Positions 61,727 to 64,000 of a DNA stretch of 64,000 bases are shown piece after piece. The stretch lies in the IMG/VR virus record IMGVR_UViG_3300037225_000466, positions 1 through 64,000 of that record, one strand, 5' to 3'. The notes under the pieces are model-generated. The model had not been told where the DNA came from, did not search any database, and worked only from the letters and a program-made list of their open reading frames with translations. A program made the translations under genes and the position numbers. This DNA comes from a virus. The first letter of the stretch is position 1. Each line of letters opens with the position of its first letter.

Positions 61727-61949
61727 TTTTTGCCCGTTGGTTTTTTAACAAGTTTCACAAACGACTTTGGTGTGGCTACCTTTATCATTGGAGACGGCAC
61801 TTTAGGTGCTGGTTTTGATTTTGCCATGTTACTTTCCTCCCTTTGGTTTTTTAACTTTTTTGCTTGGTCCTTTTTTAGTCTTTTTACCCACAATTCTTCC
61901 CTCCTTTTACTGGTTTTGGTTTGGGTTTTGGTGCTGGTTTCTTTGCCAT
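61723..61949 (-). CDS. Three tandem Lys/Pro-rich micropeptides (61949-61884, 61891-61829, 61827-61723)
   Basis: MAKKPAPKPKPKPVKGGKNCG; MGKKTKKGPSKKVKKPKGGK; MAKSKPAPKVPSPMIKVATPKSFVKLVKKPTGKK; each preceded by GGAG. Confidence 0.6.
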
Positions 61950-61965
61950 GTTTCTTCTCCTTAAA

Positions 61966-62610
61966 TTAATGAATAAACGGCAGTCTTATTACTGCCAGTA
62001 AAGTTATATAGTCTCTTGTTCTTTCCCGAACTCTGTCTCCATTACTTGAGCCTGCTTTGTTGGTATTGCCCTCGCAGGTTGCAGTGACTCTCATGCTTTG
62101 CATATATTCTATTAGCCCTGTGTGCCCTGACCAATCTTTGCCAATATCTGCTTCCACACTTTTCCCTTCCTTCATACAGAATATATCAGCAGGCTTTATA
62201 AGTTTATATGCTCCAATTTTCTTCATCGAAATTACCTGTAAACCAGAACCTATCTTTTTTGCATATCTTAATTGAGTCGCCACCCTTGCGGTTTTCATTA
62301 ACGGGTTCGGTCTACCTTCGGCTTTGAAAGTCTTATCTACCATATTGTAAACATAAATCATGCACCAATAAGGTCCTTCCTGAAAAGGATTTTTAGGGAT
62401 TGCTATTCCTACATTTAAAGCCCATACGTCTATTTCAGGACTACGATTGATAGGTTTACCATTATGATAGATTTCTCTTACATAAGTATAATGTCTCGCA
62501 GTGTCTATAAGAGCAGGAACCTTACAAAGACACGGCAAGGGCAACAGCAAGGATAAAGAAACCACTATCCAAACTGATTGCAATCGAATCCTGAGAGATT
62601 TTCTCATCAT
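61966..62610 (-). CDS. CHAP-domain endolysin with N-terminal signal
   Basis: PYWCMIYV (Cys), GHTGLIE (His), EGNTN. Confidence 0.8.
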   Translation of the reverse strand: MMRKSLRIRLQSVWIVVSLSLLLPLPCLCKVPALIDTARHYTYVREIYHNGKPINRSPEIDVWALNVGIAIPKNPFQEGPYWCMIYVYNMVDKTFKAEGRPNPLMKTARVATQLRYAKKIGSGLQVISMKKIGAYKLIKPADIFCMKEGKSVEADIGKDWSGHTGLIEYMQSMRVTATCEGNTNKAGSSNGDRVRERTRDYITLLAVIRLPFIH

Positions 62611-62854
62611 TTTTGAAATCCTTTCGGTGAAACAAAAACTTGTAAATCATAAACATCGCAAAAACGAGACCTACGTTTAGGATTTTATTCGCAATCGTAA
62701 CCAAATCAACCTGTGTTACGGTAATAAAAATTATCGTAAAAGCAATTCCCACCGCAAAAATGATAAGTGAGAAAAGCAAGTTGCTTGTTATGTGCCTGAA
62801 AAAGCCAACTGGTTTAGGTGTTGATTCAGGCGTATTAGTTGTTTCGTCAGCCAT
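62522..62854 (-). CDS. Putative holin (3 TM)
   Basis: Three hydrophobic helices, adjacent to endolysin. Confidence 0.6.
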   Translation of the reverse strand: MADETTNTPESTPKPVGFFRHITSNLLFSLIIFAVGIAFTIIFITVTQVDLVTIANKILNVGLVFAMFMIYKFLFHRKDFKNDEKISQDSIAISLDSGFFILAVALAVSL

Positions 62855-63246
62855 CAGTTCTTTTCCTCAATATGTTTAACAATCATTGCCTTAAGGTCGA
62901 TAAATTTATCGTCAAAATTATCGAACCTTGTATTCGTTAATTCTTTCATATCAGCAAAACCTTGTGTCAAAACCTTAACATCAGTGTTTCTCATACCTTT
63001 TACGAGATTTATGTCTTCCTGCATTGTCCCAAATCTTATTTCTGTCGCCAACTCTCTGTCCGACCTGCAAGAACGAAAAGCAGTTTCAAGGGCAGCGAGT
63101 CTGTCGAAATGCTCCTTGTCCTCTTTGTCGGTGTACTGTTTTTCTTCTTTTTTCGTGTTCCTATTCACAATCCTGTACATTAGAACACTCGTTACGAACA
63201 TCCCAGCCGTTGCTATCGATAATATTATATTTGCCATATTCACCAT
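62854..63246 (-). CDS. TM + coiled-coil protein (holin/antiholin-like)
   Basis: N-terminal TM in lysis cassette. Confidence 0.5.
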   Translation of the reverse strand: MVNMANIILSIATAGMFVTSVLMYRIVNRNTKKEEKQYTDKEDKEHFDRLAALETAFRSCRSDRELATEIRFGTMQEDINLVKGMRNTDVKVLTQGFADMKELTNTRFDNFDDKFIDLKAMIVKHIEEKN

Positions 63247-63254
63247 AAACTCCC

Positions 63255-63977
63255 TTAAATTATCATTTGTATTTTATTTAACCCTGGAATCGTATAAGTT
63301 ATTGTCAATTTTGGTTTATTCGTCGTATCGTCCGCCGTATTACATTGCAAAATATAATAATCTTGGAAATAATTGCCTGAATAACCATCCAAATCTAAGT
63401 TGCCCCTATACATAAAAGAAGTAATCCCCAACGTTGAAAGATGGGACAAACCCGCTGCATTTAACGCCATATCCTTATATTGATTCCATGTTGTTGTTTT
63501 ACAATTTATCCTCGTTACATACTCAATCGCACCAGTTATAGTAACACCAGCACTATAATCTCCAATCACTACGTTCGATGTCGACGCAGGTGTGCAAGAA
63601 CATACCCCCATAGTAAACGTTAGAGTCCCATAGGTAGCATTTGTAGGATATATTGATAAAGTACCAGCAGTTATATTCGCACCTACCAAACTCGTTAAAT
63701 CAAAATTGCTTATAGTCCTCATTATTTGATTATTACCGCCTCCATTGGAACTATTAACAGCCAATACTGTGAAATAATTTGCAATAGAAGCATAAGCAGA
63801 ATTTGCATTTGTATAATTTCTACGAGTATCCCAATCGATTGTAGTAATTGCATTTGAAACCAATAATCCATCGCAGGGACTAACTGCACCTGCCGCCGAA
63901 TAAAATGGAGTGCTGTCGTATCCCAAATTTAATGCAGGACAATATTTATTCGCAAAACCTATATCAAATCTGTGCAT
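63255..63977 (-). CDS. DNRLRE-like carbohydrate-binding virion protein (start may lie outside window)
   Basis: RTISNFDLTSL..ANITAGTLSIY..KPKLTITY. Confidence 0.6.
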   Translation of the reverse strand: MHRFDIGFANKYCPALNLGYDSTPFYSAAGAVSPCDGLLVSNAITTIDWDTRRNYTNANSAYASIANYFTVLAVNSSNGGGNNQIMRTISNFDLTSLVGANITAGTLSIYPTNATYGTLTFTMGVCSCTPASTSNVVIGDYSAGVTITGAIEYVTRINCKTTTWNQYKDMALNAAGLSHLSTLGITSFMYRGNLDLDGYSGNYFQDYYILQCNTADDTTNKPKLTITYTIPGLNKIQMII

Positions 63978-64000
63978 TAAATTCCATATTCCATGTAACC

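Overview
This window is about 64 kb of a double-stranded DNA tailed-phage genome with podovirus-like organisation; no host housekeeping genes are visible. TAnnTTTG-type promoters point to a Bacteroidota/FCB-group host (inference). Left arm (minus strand, 1-25.4 kb): four paralogous head-tail ring/adaptor genes, major capsid, scaffold, P22-like portal, terminase, a lambda-O-like initiator with internal iterons, a Twinkle/T7-gp4-like primase-helicase and a 6 kb glycosyltransferase/methyltransferase cluster. An AT-rich divergent control region (25.5-26.6 kb) carries four exact XerD-arm-like 11-mers and a sigma54-type promoter with enhancer-like repeats. Right arm (plus strand, 26.6-46.5 kb): dozens of small early/anti-host genes punctuated by a repeated module (tRNA or tRNA-minihelix mimic, CTAAT, short GC-ATTAA-GC hairpin, AAAAGGTC RBS), then a catalytically degenerate tyrosine recombinase, HNH-AP2, exonuclease, DUF6948 plus duplicated Gly-X repeat peptides, NinG, YopX and a DNA methyltransferase. 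Far right (minus strand): a 2422-aa internal virion protein with a zincin motif, other ejection proteins, a Ser-Gly-X repeat fibre and a lysis cassette containing three hidden Lys/Pro micropeptides. The best candidates for an undescribed system are the sigma54-driven early region with tRNA-mimic punctuation, the virion glycosylation cluster, and the dead Xer protein with orphan XerD half-sites. All family assignments come from motif recognition by eye; no database searches were run.
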